The notes under the pieces were generated by a model that was not told where the DNA came from, searched no databases, and saw only the letters and a list, made by a program, of their open reading frames with translations. A stretch of DNA of 64,000 bases, taken from positions 97,712,001-97,776,000 of the forward strand of contig NC_043003.1 in assembly GCF_006345805.1 (NCBI RefSeq), given 5' to 3'. The stretch is from Octopus sinensis (Eukaryota). This document shows positions 61,425 to 64,000 of the stretch, in pieces (position 1 is the first letter of the stretch; every line of letters starts with the position of its first letter). Both the position numbers and the translations under genes were made by a program.

Positions 61425-61965
61425 GGTAGCCAGCTGGCAGAATTGTTTGTATTCCAGGCAAAATGTTTAGTGGCATTTTGTCTGTCTTTATGTTCTGAGT
61501 TCAAATTCTGCCAAGCTCAGCTTTGCTTTTCATCCTTTCATGGTTGATAAAATAAGTACCAGTCGAATGTTGGAGTCAATCTAATCGGCGTACGCTCTCT
61601 CCTGAAATTGCTGGCCTTGTGCCAAAATTTTTGGTCGACTTTACCGTTTGTCCTTTCTGGGTCAATAAAATAAGTACTAGTTGAGCACTGGGGCCGATGT
61701 AATTGAATATCCCAACCCCATCAAATTTCAGGCCTTGTACTTATAGCAGAATTAATTAGTAATTGTTACACGAAGGCAGGAAGCTGGTAGAATTGTTAAC
61801 ACACTGGGAAAAATGCTCAGCGGCATCTATTCTGGTTTTATGTTCTGAGTTTAAATTCCACCAAGGTCAGTTTTGCTTTCCATCATTTTGGTGTTGAGCA
61901 CTTTGGTTGTTGTAATTGACTAGCCCCCTCTTTCCAAAATTTCAGGGTTTGTGCCTATAGTAGAA
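61425..61965 (+). mobile_element. Cluster of three tandem family-B SINE copies
   Basis: Heads at ~61425 and ~61770; extra central/tail segment at ~61630-61750. Confidence 0.75.
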
Positions 61966-62406
61966 AGCATTATCAATTGTTACATCTTCAATCTTGTTAT
62001 CTCCATAATGTGATCAATCCAGTTTTTTTACTAGGTTTTTCTCGTAGTCTATTTTCCATTGGATAATAATTTTTATAGACTATCTGTTTTTATGAGATGC
62101 ACTCAATATCTTAAGTATTTTTTAATGAAGTTCTTTTACAAAGCACTCTTCAGTTCCAATTTGATCAACACACACTGATTCATCCTTTTATTTCTGCCCA
62201 GCAAATTCTTAACATTCTTCTGTAACACCAAATTCTTTTCTGTAACATTCTTCTGTAACATTAAGCTCTATCTTTTTTTTTTCTGCCAGCTTTTTCAATC
62301 TGATAGGAAAAAATGTAATTAGTTTGTTCTTTACAGAATCATGGAGTCAGGTTGGTCTGAAAAGATTAATGCCCTGCTGTCTTTTTTATCTCTTATGAGA
62401 AAGCCC

Positions 62407-62473
62407 TGCAGACTAGTCTTTGCAGGCCAGTTTTTGCGGACCAGTTTTTGCAAAGCAGTCTTTGCAGACCAGT
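62407..62473 (+). repeat. 14-bp minisatellite, ~4.8 copies
   Basis: TGCAGACTAGTCTT TGCAGGCCAGTTTT TGCGGACCAGTTTT TGCAAAGCAGTCTT TGCAGACCAGT. Confidence 0.8.
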
Positions 62474-62734
62474 GCTCTCTCTTGTGAGGGGACAAAGTCT
62501 ATGCAGAAGTGATAAGACTGGCAAGAGCTATGCAGGATGTGATAGTCCAGAATTCACGACCCACTGATGTGTAAACATGCTCTGGGTGCTACTAAGCTGC
62601 TTCTAGTTATTGATAAATAATCTAGGCATGACATTAGTACCTTCATACATGAAACCTAGCTTAGAGGAGATTACATTCTTTAGTCTCAGATAACAAGTAA
62701 CCTAAGAAGTCTCTCTGATGTAAACCACCCTAGT

Positions 62735-63286
62735 TTAACTCTTTAGCATTCAGATTACCTTGTGAAATGCAATGCTTATTTATTCACATTGTTTTGAATT
62801 AATCATCATCATTGTTTGACCGTGGTCGAGACAATGGAATTTACCATGCTACGCCAGACTTCACGGTCCATCATGGCATTACGGAGGTCCTGTTGCTGGA
62901 TGCCTGTATCCCTGGAAATTACATCAGGGTAGGAAAGTGTGCGCCCTCTGGTATTGCGAGTAGATGGCTTCCAGAGGAGAAGAGTAGAAATTACCTCTTT
63001 TTCAGCTCTACAACAATGTCCAGCAAACTGGACTCTCCTACCTTTCACAAGAGATGACACAGGTGGTAGTTTCCCATATATTTGCATTTTGGTTGGATGG
63101 CGCTTCCACGAGAGATTTTGATTTAATAATGAACTATCTTTTAACTTTAAGGTTTCAATGATGTGATTGTTTATTTTTACAGTGACATACTAGGGTAGAT
63201 GTGAGGGGCTGGATTTGACCAGTTGAAACATAAGACAAGTAGAATATTTTGGATGGATATGGCCAGATTAAATGCTAAAAGGTTAA
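62735..63286. mobile_element. piggyBac-like MITE with a nested minus-strand RTE-X-like 3' end (~62804-63120)
   Basis: TTAA-CTCTTTAGCATT / AATGCTAAAAGG-TTAA; inner RRVQFAGHCCRAEKEV...GRTLSYPDVISRDTG...MMDREVWR with (GAT)n tail. Confidence 0.78.
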
Positions 63287-63688
63287 ACAGAACTGGGCAG
63301 CAAATGTAACTGTATAACTGCTTGGTGAAATAACCTTGATTTATAAGACCATCGCAAGGATTGACTGCTCTTGTTCATCAAGAGCTGCTCTGTCAAAAAG
63401 TACTGGTACTTTAAACTTAACAGTGCACCTGTTTAGATGTTTAAAACTGTTAAACTAGTAAGAACCAACGTAAAAAAAAAGTATCAACATGACCAGTGAT
63501 ACAGTTCCATACATGCATGTATCTGTGTATACATAGAGGCATGCTTGGAAAACTGCTCGAATTCTACAAAAATGCCTTGTATCTAGGTTGGAGGTTGGCT
63601 TTTTCTCTACTTGGGTGAAATTTGAAACATAAAACCAGATATGAGCTTGCATATATGACCCACAATAATATAAGGTCTGCATATTAAA

Positions 63689-63974
63689 CTTGCAGTATCG
63701 CCTGGCGTTGCTCGGGTTTGTAAGGGAAATAACTATATAAGCATTTTTAGAGAGTTACTTCCCTTATATAAAAACCGAGCAAAAAATGCATTAAAAATGT
63801 GGAAAAATGATGGTAAATTTTTTTTAAAATCGTAGACTCATCATAGACGCACGCTAACACCCAGAAGGGCTCGATATGAATCACGACTATAAGATACCCG
63901 CTTATGTGGGAGTAGTTAGGAATCTAAATTGGAGTAGACAGACACACACACAACTTCAGTTTTATATATAAAAA
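63689..63974 (-). mobile_element. Non-autonomous Helitron, same family as 20696-21094
   Basis: Shared sequence with internal deletions; termini slightly mutated. Confidence 0.8.
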
Positions 63975-64000
63975 TTTCCTCCATCTTAGTTCCTTACTAA

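Noticed and set aside
1-64000. CRISPR arrays, rRNA, prokaryotic operons
   Set aside because: None present; the window is eukaryotic intron-rich DNA and its repeats are microsatellites or TEs without a spacer structure.

Overview
Eukaryotic, AT-rich, intron-rich genomic DNA. The SINE and microsatellite repertoire looks like an octopus (Octopus sp.); this is recognition from memory, not a database match. There are two protein-coding genes, both on the + strand. (1) A divergent HMGB-family gene (coding exons 2338-2487, 6374-6528, 10291-10465, 11957-~12762) has two HMG boxes, vertebrate-HMGB1-like intron positions, a ~110-aa Lys/Pro/Ala-rich extension and a very long bipartite acidic tail interrupted by a probable 1-bp frameshift. 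(2) The 5' ~545 codons of EXOC1/Sec3 lie in 14 coding exons from 28043 to 59973, and the gene runs off the window. The rest is mostly transposable elements: dimeric and monomeric tRNA-SINEs, RTE, CR1-like and Tx1-like LINE relics, a full-length decayed mariner, Tc1, hAT/piggyBac MITEs, Helitrons and polypyrimidine expansions. The most unusual signal is six minimal type I hammerhead-ribozyme-like motifs from about five unrelated short repeat families, of the kind known from Penelope-like elements. Several have a palindromic helix III or non-canonical cores, and two are embedded in long near-perfect fold-backs inside EXOC1 introns. All folds were derived by eye and none is tested.
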